From: an uncultured archaeon
GTDB taxonomy: Archaea > Micrarchaeota > Micrarchaeia > Micrarchaeales > CABMGC01
Assembly: GCA_963830445.1 (NCBI GenBank)
Contig: CAWHMC010000013.1
Location: 17,242 to 81,241, forward strand
Direction: 5' to 3'
DNA length: 64,000 bases
This document shows, in pieces, positions 42,812 through 52,013 of this stretch (the stretch's first letter is position 1; each line of letters opens with the position of its first letter). The translations under genes and the position numbers were made by a program. Below the pieces are notes generated by a model. That model did not search any database, was not told where the DNA came from, and saw only the letters and a list, made by a program, of their open reading frames with translations.

Positions 42812-43600
42812 TCATTCCTTGTTCAACGTCTTCTCGATTGACTCCGCCGCACCCTTGCTCCATATGGCCAGGCGCGGGTGCGCTCCGGGAGCTAGCTTTG
42901 CTATGGTTAGCGCATCGATGCTGCATACGTCCACTCCGGGTATGTTGCGCCCTGCCTTCTCGACCTTTGATCCCGGCCTCGTGACTATGAGCACGCTGTT
43001 CCTGAAGTGGCGCTTGTTGACCTTGCGGGCCGCGCCCTTCCTGAGCTGCGGCTTGTGTGAGCGTTCGAGGTCTGCCGCGAGTCCCAGCGATTCCAGGACC
43101 TTCAGCAGCTCGCTTGCCTTTGCGATGTGCTCTATCTTGTCGTCAAGTATGAATGGTACTTTCTTGTCTACGGTATGGCGCTGCGCAACCATCGCATGGT
43201 TCGCAGAACCTGATATCGCTGAGATTATTGCGATCAGGTATTCCTTCTTGTTTATCTGCTCGTCCAGCCTCTTCTCTATCTTGTGCGGGTGGGCTCGCTT
43301 TCCCTTTACGCTGGAAGGGATCCTGCGGACGTCTCCCATGGCGCCTCCGGCGAGCTTCTGGCGAGGTCGGATCGCGATACCCATGTGGCGGCCGCGTCTG
43401 TATCCGCTGTACTTTCCTACGTAGACTGCGGTGGTGTTGAGACCTGCCATGACCGCGTGGCCCTGGGGCTGGTACATCAGGCTCTGCTCGCTGAGAAGTG
43501 CCCGGCGCACGATGTCCTCTCGGAACTCGTGCAGGAAGACGTGCGGCAAGGCTATCTTGCCGGAGACATTCCCGTCCAGTCCATAAATATTTGCATCCAT
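42812..43600 (-). CDS. rpl4: 50S ribosomal protein uL4
   Basis: YVGKYSGYRRGRHMGIAIRPRQKLAGGAMGDVRRIP, in the expected operon position between rpl3 and rpl23. Confidence 0.9.
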   Translation of the reverse strand: MDANIYGLDGNVSGKIALPHVFLHEFREDIVRRALLSEQSLMYQPQGHAVMAGLNTTAVYVGKYSGYRRGRHMGIAIRPRQKLAGGAMGDVRRIPSSVKGKRAHPHKIEKRLDEQINKKEYLIAIISAISGSANHAMVAQRHTVDKKVPFILDDKIEHIAKASELLKVLESLGLAADLERSHKPQLRKGAARKVNKRHFRNSVLIVTRPGSKVEKAGRNIPGVDVCSIDALTIAKLAPGAHPRLAIWSKGAAESIEKTLNKE

Positions 43601-43605
43601 TCAAA

Positions 43606-44556
43606 TCACTGCTTCGAAGCCACGGAGATGTAGTTGACCTGGGGCGCCTTTATCGGGGCCTTGTTCCTCAGCGCCTTGCGCAAGCGCACCAGGCGCTTTG
43701 CCACTCCAGGTATCGTGCCGTCGATGACTATGTAGTCGTTCTTGATGACTCCGTACCTCAGGAATCCGCCGCTCACGTTCACCGCGTTCGCCTCCGCCGG
43801 GGTTCCGACCTTGAGGACGCGCTTGTTTATCTCCGTACGATAATTGTAACCCATATGACCCGAGTGCGGGACGCTGAAGAGAACCTTGGGCGGGTGCCAG
43901 GCTCCCAGAGTGCCTACGTGGCGCACCTTGCCCGTCGCCTTCCGGTACTGGCGGGATACCCCGAATCGCTTCACGACGCCGGCCCAGCCCTTGCCCTTGC
44001 TGATGCTCGTGACGTCTATGTAATCGCCCGGCTTTACGAAACTTGTAATCTTGACCTCCTTGCCCAGCATGCCCTCGATGAATGAGAGCTTCGCCGCCGC
44101 ATCCTTGCCTCCGACTGAGATCTCGAAGCGCATGACGCTCTTGTTGCCGAATCCGAGTGAGCCTGCATCCAGGTAGGCCAATGCGGTGACGTCGAGGAGG
44201 TCCATGCCCTTGAATGCACCGACATCGTTCTTCTTTATCGCCTTTATCCCGACCTTGGTTGCATGGACCGGGTCGTAGATCTCTCCTGCAATCTGCTTGT
44301 AGGTGTAGCCCTTCTTGTAGAATCGGGCGCCGTAAATGTAAATCTTAGGTATCTCGAGAATCGTGACCGCGCGGGCGATTTCTGTGCCCTTTGACGGGGA
44401 CTCGCTGTCATCCATCATCATCACGTGGGACATGCCCGCCTTGTAGGCTGCGAGGCTCAGGATGCCGGGCTCGCTGACAATCGGCATGCTGCGGACGCGC
44501 GGCATCTGCTTCTTCGCGCGTCGGTGCGGCCAAAATTCAAGCGATCCTTTTCTCAT
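43606..44556 (-). CDS. rpl3: 50S ribosomal protein uL3
   Basis: GSLEFWPHRRAKKQMPRVRS, KGKGWAGVVKRFGV and GTLGAWHPPKV. Confidence 0.95.
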   Translation of the reverse strand: MRKGSLEFWPHRRAKKQMPRVRSMPIVSEPGILSLAAYKAGMSHVMMMDDSESPSKGTEIARAVTILEIPKIYIYGARFYKKGYTYKQIAGEIYDPVHATKVGIKAIKKNDVGAFKGMDLLDVTALAYLDAGSLGFGNKSVMRFEISVGGKDAAAKLSFIEGMLGKEVKITSFVKPGDYIDVTSISKGKGWAGVVKRFGVSRQYRKATGKVRHVGTLGAWHPPKVLFSVPHSGHMGYNYRTEINKRVLKVGTPAEANAVNVSGGFLRYGVIKNDYIVIDGTIPGVAKRLVRLRKALRNKAPIKAPQVNYISVASKQ

Positions 44557-44565
44557 GTTGAAACC

Positions 44566-44847
44566 TTATCTTTGTGTTTTTGCCCTCTTGCTATTTAAGG
44601 CTTGCTTAGCCTCGATGCTGTCGGCCATGGCGACCACGCTGCCCACGATGGTGAGCTGGCGGATCACGCTGCCCATGGACATCAGGAGCGCCTTTGAGTC
44701 CTGCGCCGTGAATGTTACTTCAAGCGTGTTCTTCTTCTCATGGAGCTCCGCATTCGCATGGGCGAACTCAAGCCTCTTGCCGATTACCTGCGAGTAATTG
44801 GCAGAGTTGCCCAGATCGATAACCATTGAAGCGGATAACATGTGCAA
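44566..44847 (-). CDS. pcc1: KEOPS subunit Pcc1-like protein
   Basis: 93 aa. LEVTFTAQDSKALLMSMGSVIRQLTIVGSVV resembles the Pcc1 core (A-x-D-x-x-AL...S-x-x-R-x-L) as I recall from Pyrococcus Pcc1. Confidence 0.5.
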   Translation of the reverse strand: MHMLSASMVIDLGNSANYSQVIGKRLEFAHANAELHEKKNTLEVTFTAQDSKALLMSMGSVIRQLTIVGSVVAMADSIEAKQALNSKRAKTQR

Positions 44848-44850
44848 ACC

Positions 44851-45429
44851 TTATATAACCTTTACGCCGCGGTGGCTTGAGCGGAAGCTTGGCCTGTTGT
44901 TCTGGGTTCCGCGGCCCTTGTAGCGGATGCCCCTGTGCTTCAGGCCCGCGCTCGTGAGTCCGCGGTAGGAACGCCCTTTCATGCCCGAAAGGTTCGCGTA
45001 GATGGGATCATTCTGTATCGCCGGGTGCGACCTGTCGACCATTATGACCTCGAAGAACTTGTACTTGCCGTCCTCTCCCACGTAGTAGGAGTTCAGGACC
45101 TCTGAATTGGTAAACTTTGCCGATGCGCGGTCCTCTGCGACTGCCTGCAGGGACTTCTGGTGCGAGAAGAAGCGTCCGGACTTGCTCGGCTTGCGGCCGC
45201 CGGCCGGCTTTGCGCGCTTGCTCATCCCCTTCGGAGTCCTTACGCGCGCCACGACCACGCCCTGCTTCGCCTTGTATCCAAGCTCGCGGGCGCGGGCTAC
45301 GTTGGTCGGGCCATCCAGCCTCTCGACTGTGCCCTCCTTCCTCCATACGGTGACCCGCTGGCGTGCAACCTCGTCTCTCTGGTTGTACTCGCGTTGGAAG
45401 TTCTGTTTAATGTATTTATATGCGCCCAT
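44851..45429 (-). CDS. rpl15e: 50S ribosomal protein eL15
   Basis: MGAYKYIKQNFQREY...RARELGYKAKQGVVVARVR...YFEVIMVDRSHPAI. Confidence 0.9.
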   Translation of the reverse strand: MGAYKYIKQNFQREYNQRDEVARQRVTVWRKEGTVERLDGPTNVARARELGYKAKQGVVVARVRTPKGMSKRAKPAGGRKPSKSGRFFSHQKSLQAVAEDRASAKFTNSEVLNSYYVGEDGKYKFFEVIMVDRSHPAIQNDPIYANLSGMKGRSYRGLTSAGLKHRGIRYKGRGTQNNRPSFRSSHRGVKVI

Positions 45430-45605
45430 GTGAGCACCAATGCTGGCTCTGCTCTAAACTCGTGGTATTCTATGGATCAGCACCTGACGCCCGAAGGCGG
45501 GATGCCTCATATTCACCTAACGAAGGCTTTAGAATGACTAAAGTTATAGTTAAATTAATTTAAATACCCTTCGCTCGCGATAAAATAGATACTTACAACC
45601 GTCTT

Positions 45606-46781
45606 TTACTGGATAATTGTGGCAAAGCCCTTTCTGTATAAGTATATCGCAGCGTAGCCTGGAAGCTCGACCGTCTGGTTCTCATAGGGTCCGAAGCCCT
45701 CCCCGTTCATTATCAGTATGTGCTTCATGTTTACTTTCGCTTTTATGGGCTGCTTCGGAAGGGCTATGGCTGCTGACATCGGATCGAATGAGTCCAAGTC
45801 TGAAACGCTAATCTTCTTCGAGATAAGGCCCGTATCGCCGTGGATCGTGTTCGGGAGGCGGATCAGGTGGGTGGGGTCGTTGGTCACGTTCTTGTCTATC
45901 TTGTCGCTCTGCGCTATGGCGTGCTGCTGGAGCACCTTGTTCCACAGGTCGGACTTGTCCTTGACGAAGGCCATGTCCCAGTTCCCGGAGTTTATGCCCA
46001 TTATTATGAGGCTGCGCTTCTTGTAAAGGACGGCCGCCATCTGCTTGCTTATCCCCAGGTTGGCCGCCATATAGTCAGCACCGGCCTCGAGGTCGTAGAT
46101 TGCACCCTTTGCGATCCTGCCCGCCCAGCCGGCGTCGGTGGGCTTGGGCCCCGAGAGCTTCTTTATCCTTGAGCCGCCGCCGATCTCCGCGGTGCTGAAG
46201 AAGTCATCAAAGCTTATTCCTGTGCCGCCTATGTACTCAGTTATCTGCTTTCTTGCATCACCGCTCAGGCTGAGCACCGACTCCTTGTTCACATGCACGT
46301 GATAGCCGCGGTTTCCGCTGAAGTTGATGCTTATCTCCTTCTTGGAGAACCCGAAATCGGGAACGAGGAACTCCTCTATCAGCTTTACGACTTCCTCCTT
46401 CACGCTCTTCAGGCAGTTCTCGCACACCCAGGAGCTGCCGTGCTCCGCCTGGCAGGACAGCTTCATGTCGTTCGCATCAATATCGAAGACCAGCTCGGCC
46501 CCTATCCACCCCTTGTTCTCCATGGGCCTGAATGAGGGATTCTTGTAGTAGGCCATCGAGCAGGAGATGAACGGGGGCGCCTTCTCGGCCAGGTATTTCT
46601 TGAGGTCGGCGGGATTCTTGAACTCCAGGTGGCGGAAACGGATCTTCGTCTCGAAGTCACCCACGCCGTACTCGCGCTGTTCCGTGCGCTCAGGAGCAAG
46701 ACTTGCTGGCTCCTGCTTGGAGTAGTACTCGCCAATCATCTTCGAGACCAGGCCGTTGGCCTGCTCCTGCGTAAGCTCCAA
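45606..46781 (-). CDS. priS: DNA primase small (catalytic) subunit PriS
   Basis: ELVFDIDANDM (catalytic DxD), a zinc-knuckle Cys cluster, NFSGNRGYHVHV and RLPNTIHGDTGL. Confidence 0.85.
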   Translation of the reverse strand: MELTQEQANGLVSKMIGEYYSKQEPASLAPERTEQREYGVGDFETKIRFRHLEFKNPADLKKYLAEKAPPFISCSMAYYKNPSFRPMENKGWIGAELVFDIDANDMKLSCQAEHGSSWVCENCLKSVKEEVVKLIEEFLVPDFGFSKKEISINFSGNRGYHVHVNKESVLSLSGDARKQITEYIGGTGISFDDFFSTAEIGGGSRIKKLSGPKPTDAGWAGRIAKGAIYDLEAGADYMAANLGISKQMAAVLYKKRSLIIMGINSGNWDMAFVKDKSDLWNKVLQQHAIAQSDKIDKNVTNDPTHLIRLPNTIHGDTGLISKKISVSDLDSFDPMSAAIALPKQPIKAKVNMKHILIMNGEGFGPYENQTVELPGYAAIYLYRKGFATIIQ

Positions 46782-46837
46782 GAAGCCACCAGAGTACTAT
46801 TGCGCATCCCGCTTTTATCTTTTTCTACAGGAGGCGT

Positions 46838-47317
46838 TTATACTGCCTTTTCGTTGAGGAGTTGCTCTCTTTCGGATTCAGCACGGGCTTGCGCATCCTC
46901 AATCTCTTTCTCTAGCCGCCTTCTTCGTTCGGTTAGGAATTTGGAGATTGAACCGCGCCTAAAGCCCAATCTCTTAGCTATCTCTTTTTGAGTTAGCTTC
47001 TGGGCGAGCAATGAGAGGATGAGTTCCTCGTGATTCTCCACCAGGTCCCGTCCCATGCCCTTGGTGATAAATCTGTCACCTACGGTTGTGGCTGCAATGT
47101 TAAGACGTTGTCCTATCTCCCTGGTTGTTATCCCGCGGTGCCTTAACTCGAACATGATGAATTCGTCTATAGGAGTTATGATCGTACGCTGGCTATCTTC
47201 AGAAAGCACTGCGGATTTTGCCATGACATACGGATTGTACCTGAGGACTGCGATTTGGGTAGCGCCGTCTACTCGAATGACCGGCGGAGCTATTAGCGGC
47301 GTACCCGTCTTTTCCAT
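46838..47317 (-). CDS. Protein with two HTH motifs and a C-terminal coiled coil
   Basis: GITTREIGQRLNIAATTVGDRF and LTQKEIAKRLGFRRGSISKFL are HTH_23/sigma-r4-like, followed by RRRRLEKEIEDAQARAESEREQLL. It lies in a lower-GC patch. Confidence 0.5.
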   Translation of the reverse strand: MEKTGTPLIAPPVIRVDGATQIAVLRYNPYVMAKSAVLSEDSQRTIITPIDEFIMFELRHRGITTREIGQRLNIAATTVGDRFITKGMGRDLVENHEELILSLLAQKLTQKEIAKRLGFRRGSISKFLTERRRRLEKEIEDAQARAESEREQLLNEKAV

Positions 47318-47343
47318 CTCCTTCGCATGTCGCTTATGCAGAC

Positions 47344-47556
47344 CTACAGAGCTTGACGATATTCCAGTTCTCTTGAGATATAGTCCATGCCTTTTCCATT
47401 CCTGGTGAGTTCTGCGACCCTCGCCGTCTTCTGCATTACCATCTCATGGCTCATCTTGGCTTTTCCAAGACCACGAAGGACTGTTCCCACTGCGCTTGAG
47501 CTTGCGCCAACTAGCTTTCCGATTTCAATATTATTCAGGTTGTAGGTCTCGTTCAA
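47344..47556 (-). CDS. Small HTH protein
   Basis: NNIEIGKLVGASSSAVGTVLRGLG is HTH-like. 4-nt overlap with the upstream gene. Confidence 0.45.
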   Translation of the reverse strand: MNETYNLNNIEIGKLVGASSSAVGTVLRGLGKAKMSHEMVMQKTARVAELTRNGKGMDYISRELEYRQAL

Positions 47557-48014
47557 TTGAAGGAGAGCTTGTTTTTTACAACTCTGCCTATCTCCTTGCG
47601 TTCTCTTATTCCCTGTAAGGTTTTGAGGAGTACTTCAGGAATTGGTGGGTAATTAGTATATTTCGTTTTGGCGGTACTTCTGGCGGACCGGAATCTCCGC
47701 ATATACGCGGCTTTGTTGGCTCGCTTCTCCTCTTCTGAAAGAAGCACTCTTGGAACTGACGGTTCCCTTCTTACGCTCGGCCGCCTTACCAAACTGCGCA
47801 GAGGAGCAGCTAATTTGTCCTCAATGGATAATACAACACGCGGCTGGGGCTTCTTTACCGTGATCGGTCTCTCAAATTTTTCATCACTCAGTTTATTTGC
47901 GCGCCATTTCGCAAATCGTGCAGCAAGACCATTGGAATCTCTCCGACTTTCCACTAGTCCTAGTTTATTGGCATTGGGCAGGCAAGTATGCGTGCTGTTG
48001 GCTGTCTTAAGCAT
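47553..48014 (-). CDS. Basic hypothetical protein
   Basis: 153 aa, Arg/Lys-rich. It is the first gene of a three-gene lower-GC cassette. Confidence 0.4.
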   Translation of the reverse strand: MLKTANSTHTCLPNANKLGLVESRRDSNGLAARFAKWRANKLSDEKFERPITVKKPQPRVVLSIEDKLAAPLRSLVRRPSVRREPSVPRVLLSEEEKRANKAAYMRRFRSARSTAKTKYTNYPPIPEVLLKTLQGIRERKEIGRVVKNKLSFN

Positions 48015-48107
48015 GCAATATACTCAGAAAATCCAGATATAAATGTGTGACGGGAGTTGAGGGTGGCTTGCTTTTTAGCTTTTTACTTCTTATAGCTAAC
48101 AGATAGG

Positions 48108-48464
48108 ATGGACGAGATAAGGCAGGCGATAATAGTAAGAAAAGATATCAAGCTGGGTACTGGGAAGCTTGCCGCCCAGGTTGCCCATGCCTCTCTGATG
48201 AGCTACTTCGAGGCGGAGAAGAAGGACAAGAAGGTCGCAGAGGAGTGGCTCGACACCGGAGAGAAGAAGATAGTGCTCAAGGTGGATGACGATAAGGCGT
48301 TGAAGAAATTGCATGAGGCGTTCAAGTACAAGGGATTCCCAACGGCGCTTGTGACTGACGCGGGGCTTACTCAGGTCCCTCCGGGAACCATAACGGCGCT
48401 TGGAGTTGGGCCGTGGTACGGCAAGGAGATAGACTTCTTCACTTCTGCACTGAAGCTTCTGTAG
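48108..48464 (+). CDS. pth: Peptidyl-tRNA hydrolase, archaeal type (Pth2)
   Basis: GKLAAQVAHASL...KIVLKV...VTDAGLTQVPPGTITALGVGP. Confidence 0.9.
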   Translation: MDEIRQAIIVRKDIKLGTGKLAAQVAHASLMSYFEAEKKDKKVAEEWLDTGEKKIVLKVDDDKALKKLHEAFKYKGFPTALVTDAGLTQVPPGTITALGVGPWYGKEIDFFTSALKLL

Positions 48465-48518
48465 AAAGAATTATTATGATTTCTAGGGCTAATAATAGAA
48501 GTATAATTAGATGATTTT

Positions 48519-48884
48519 ATGGCGCAGCCAGAACAACCGCAGGAAGGATCCGAAGTAGAGAGGCTCTTGAGGGATTACCAGATGACCCAGGAGCAGCTGC
48601 GCACGCTAGCCATGCAGATAGAGCAGCTTCAGGCGCAGAAGTTCGAGATGGAGCGCGCCAAGGAGGAGCTCGACAAGGCCTCGGGCAAGGTATACTTCAG
48701 CGTTGGCGGCGTGATAGTCGAGACCACCAAAGAGAAGGCGCTCGCCGACATAACCGACAGGAGCTCGCTCACTGCAGCGCGGCTCACCTCATTCAACAAG
48801 CAGTACACTGACGTGCGCGCCAAGGAGAAGCAGCTGAACGAGAAGCTGACCCAGTTCTACAAGCAGAGCAAGGGGGGACAGTGA
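48519..48884 (+). CDS. pfdB: Prefoldin beta subunit
   Basis: Two coiled-coil arms flank the beta hairpin region KVYFSVGGVIVETTKEKALADI. 121 aa. Confidence 0.75.
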   Translation: MAQPEQPQEGSEVERLLRDYQMTQEQLRTLAMQIEQLQAQKFEMERAKEELDKASGKVYFSVGGVIVETTKEKALADITDRSSLTAARLTSFNKQYTDVRAKEKQLNEKLTQFYKQSKGGQ

Positions 48885-49885
48885 TTCCGTTTCTGAACCT
48901 TAACGAGCTTTCCGAATATATTCTAAAGAACAAGGATCGCAGGGTGACGCTCACGTTCCACTCCATAGGCGATAGGGACGGCGTTGCTGCGGCAGTCGCC
49001 CTTTCCCAGATGTTCACCCATGCGGAAGTGGTGACGCCCGACTTCATAACCAATAACGCGAAGCACATGGTGGAGCACTCGGGCTACACCGGTAGGATAG
49101 GAGGCGGGCTGTCCAAGTTCACGGAGCTGGTGGTGATAGTCGACGCGAACAGGCTGGAGCTGCTGGGAAAGATGGGCGAGCATCTCGTGGACTTCAGGGG
49201 TGAGATCCTCTTCATAGACCACCACAGCCTGGCAGGATACCCGGACTACGGCGGAAAGGTGCGGATATGCAACGACGAGCTCTACAACTCGGCATCGAGC
49301 ATAGTCTACGAGCTACTGAAGATGAACAAGATACCGCTAAAGAGAGAGATTGCCTACATGCTGATAAACGGGATAGTGTCAGATTCGGCGAACTTCCAGA
49401 ACTCAAGCCCGCAGACCTTCAGGCAGATTTCAGAACTGTTGGAGGGAGCGGGATTAGATTACCCAGATGTGATAGACAACACGCACGGTTCCGCCTCGGC
49501 GGAGATTAGGAACAGGATAATGAAGGATCTCTTCTCGGCTGCGACGGAGGTGTGCGGAAATTACGTAATCGTGTACGGCCCCGCGCAGTTCCAGGCGAAT
49601 ACGGCGGCGGAGACTGCTCTCTCGCTCGGGGCGGACGCCTCGCTCTTCTGGTCCATGCACGACGGGGAGGTCTCGTTCTCGGGCAGGCTGCGCGCTCCTC
49701 TGGACAAGAAGCTCTCGATACACCTGGGCAAGATTATGGCAATGGTCGGACCCATGATCTCAGGCACCGGAGGGGGCCACCCGTGCGCTGCAGGAGCATA
49801 TGGGAAGAAGAGCTCGGCGGCTGAGGAAGCGAAGCAATACATACTCAAAGCCATTAGGGAGAAATTCGGCTCCGAAAGCAGATGA
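48881..49885 (+). CDS. DHH/DHHA1 family phosphoesterase (NrnA-like)
   Basis: HSIGDRDGVAAAVAL, VIVDAN, LFIDHHS, DSANFQ and DHHA1 GGGHPCAAGA. GTGA overlap with the pfdB stop. Confidence 0.8.
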   Translation: MIPFLNLNELSEYILKNKDRRVTLTFHSIGDRDGVAAAVALSQMFTHAEVVTPDFITNNAKHMVEHSGYTGRIGGGLSKFTELVVIVDANRLELLGKMGEHLVDFRGEILFIDHHSLAGYPDYGGKVRICNDELYNSASSIVYELLKMNKIPLKREIAYMLINGIVSDSANFQNSSPQTFRQISELLEGAGLDYPDVIDNTHGSASAEIRNRIMKDLFSAATEVCGNYVIVYGPAQFQANTAAETALSLGADASLFWSMHDGEVSFSGRLRAPLDKKLSIHLGKIMAMVGPMISGTGGGHPCAAGAYGKKSSAAEEAKQYILKAIREKFGSESR

Positions 49886-49889
49886 TGGT

Positions 49890-50279
49890 GTGGCGCGAAA
49901 GGAAGTACCAAAGATCATAAGCGACGTTGGCTTCGATTTTGACTGGAGCGAGAAGAAAGTGTGGGCGCTGGATATACCAGTAGTGGACATTTCTATTAAG
50001 GAACTCGAATGGCACTTCGGAATCCCGTTCTGGAACAAACCAGGAGGAGTCTATGACCTTACTCCTGATGAAGTAATGGAGAACCCTGAACTTCATAAGG
50101 CAGAGTACAGACGAATACAAAATGCGGACCTTAGACATCCAATAGATATTATGGAAAACAAGGGACGATGGCTTATACTAGACGGTTTGCACAGACTCGC
50201 TAAGGCAAGGACACAGGGCATGGAGATAATAAAGGTCAGGAAAATCCCCAGAAGTGCAATACCTAGAATAGCGCCATAG
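49890..50279 (+). CDS. ParB/sulfiredoxin-like domain protein
   Basis: GRWLILDGLHRLAKARTQG contains the DGxHR core of ParB-like nuclease domains. GTG at 49890 is chosen because the track ORF start overlaps the DHH gene. Confidence 0.4.
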   Translation: MARKEVPKIISDVGFDFDWSEKKVWALDIPVVDISIKELEWHFGIPFWNKPGGVYDLTPDEVMENPELHKAEYRRIQNADLRHPIDIMENKGRWLILDGLHRLAKARTQGMEIIKVRKIPRSAIPRIAP

Positions 50280-50337
50280 GGTTCGGTTGCCCTCTAGCAA
50301 ACGTTTTATATATTATACAAGAGCCAATACTAAACAA

Positions 50338-50412
50338 GGGTCCGTAACTCAGTTTGGCTAGAGTGGAAGGCTTTTAACCTTTAAGTCGTGGGTTCAAATC
50401 CCACCGGGCCCG
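50338..50412 (+). tRNA. tRNA-Lys (anticodon UUU)
   Basis: Acceptor GGGTCCG/CGGGCCC, D arm ACTC/GAGT, anticodon stem GAAGG/CCTTT with loop CTTTTAA, T arm GTGGG-TTCAAAT-CCCAC. TATA TTTTATATATTATA lies 20-35 nt upstream. Confidence 0.9.
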
Positions 50413-50423
50413 TATAATAGTTC

Positions 50424-51984
50424 ATGGTCTGGAAGATGGAAAAGAAAACCAAGGAGCAGATGAGTGGAAAGCACTGGTCAGACATACTGGTGGACAGGAT
50501 CGTCGAGCAGAAGAAGCCTCCTTTTGTGATAACTGGCGGGATGACCACCAGCGGTCCCGCGCATATGGGCACGGTGTGCGAGTTCCTGTACCCCTCAATC
50601 ATAACGCAGGTCATGAAAAACAAGGGGCTCCCGGTGGAGTTCCACTTCGTCGCCGACATCTTCGATGCCTTTGATGGACTGCTGCCGGAATTAATGCCCT
50701 ACGAAGCCATGCTGAATGAGGAATTAGGAAAGCCGCTGGTCCATGTCACGGATCCGTTCAAGTGCCACAAATCACTCGGAGAGCATTATCTCGGGCAGGC
50801 CGAGTACATATTGGAGATTTTGGGTCTAAAGGTAGACATAGTCAAGTCAAACGACCTTTATGCTGCAGGAAAGTTTGACCAGTATGCGGTGTTATTCCTC
50901 AAGAATGAGGACAAGACTAAGGAGATAGTTGCGCGCACCTCCATGCGAAAGATAGAGGAGATGAAGAATTGGAGTCCAATAATGCCGATATGTGGAAGGT
51001 GCGGAAGGATTGCAACAACTTCAGTCACTTGGCACAATGACACAGAGTACAAGTATGTATGCAACAAGGATGTGAAGTACACCAAAGGCTGCGGATACGA
51101 GGGATCAAACAAGCTGTCGGAGCATAAGTGGAAGCTCCAGTGGAGACTTCATTGGCCCTCCTGGCAGATGCTCTTCAGTACCAGCGCAGAGGGCAGCGGC
51201 GTAGACCACATGACCGTCGGCGGGAGTGTCACAACCGCAGAAGCAGTTCACAGGGAACTTTTCGAACAGGGAACCGCCGCTCTTCTACAAATATGGATTT
51301 ATACTGGTCAACGGGAAGAAGTCCTCCAAGTCAAAGGGCAACGCGATGAGCGTTGTTGAACTTATTAAATTGATACCGCCAGGGATGCTGAAGTACAAGC
51401 TCATCGAATCCAATCTAGAGCAGGACAAGGACATAGTGCCGTCCGGTGACGCATTGATCGCACTGTATGAGGACGTGGAAAAGATAGCGAAGCTGGAATC
51501 TACTGACTCGCGCGACCTTGAGAAGAAGAAGCTTGCGTTTAACCTGGCCATAGGAAAGCTGCCTTGGAAGGCAGCGTTCGTGGACGTGCTTCTCAACTAC
51601 CAGATATACAAGGACTGGGACAAGGTCGGGGAAGTGGTCGGCGACAAGGCTGGCGCAAAATACCTGTCGAAGTACATTGAGGAGTGGTTGAGGCTTGGAT
51701 ATGAGCCGGAGCAGTACAACTTCTCCGTCAAGGCCGCCAAGATAGACTCATTGAAGGAAGTAGTATCATACTTCAACGGGCAGCTCAAGCCAGAGATGAC
51801 CGACGTCCAGATACACAACCTCGTCTACGAAGTCGCAACTGCGAAGAACGTCAAGGGCGGAGAGCTGTTTGCAGCCCTTTACAAGGCGCTCATCGGGAAG
51901 GAGAAGGGTCCGCGTCTTGGAAAGCTGATTGCATCCATAGGAGTGGGAGAGACGAAGAAGATGCTCGCTTTCGCTGTCAGCTAA
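50424..51984 (+). CDS. lysK: Class I lysyl-tRNA synthetase (frame interrupted near 51258-51271)
   Basis: The N-terminal part is in ORF 50424-51359 (HIGH-like SGPAHMGTVCE, zinc Cys cluster, WRLHWP). The remainder is in ORF 51226-51984 (REPPLFYKYGFILVNGKKSSKSKGN, a KMSKS-like loop). The frames differ by +1 around CTTTTCGAACAGG. Confidence 0.85.
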
Positions 51985-52013
51985 TTCTGAAAGAGCAAAA
52001 TAACGAGATTGCT

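Noticed and set aside
45430-45605. C/D box sRNA in the rpl15e-priS spacer
   Set aside because: CTGA is present, but there is no convincing RUGAUGA C box, and the spacing is too short for C/D'/C'/D architecture.
33419-51984. Programmed ribosomal frameshifting as the explanation for the lig and lysK frame breaks
   Set aside because: There is no X-XXY-YYZ slippery heptamer or obvious downstream structure at either site. The breaks are of mixed sign (-1 in lig and the DUF45 gene, +1 in lysK). Indel error or real mutation is more likely.
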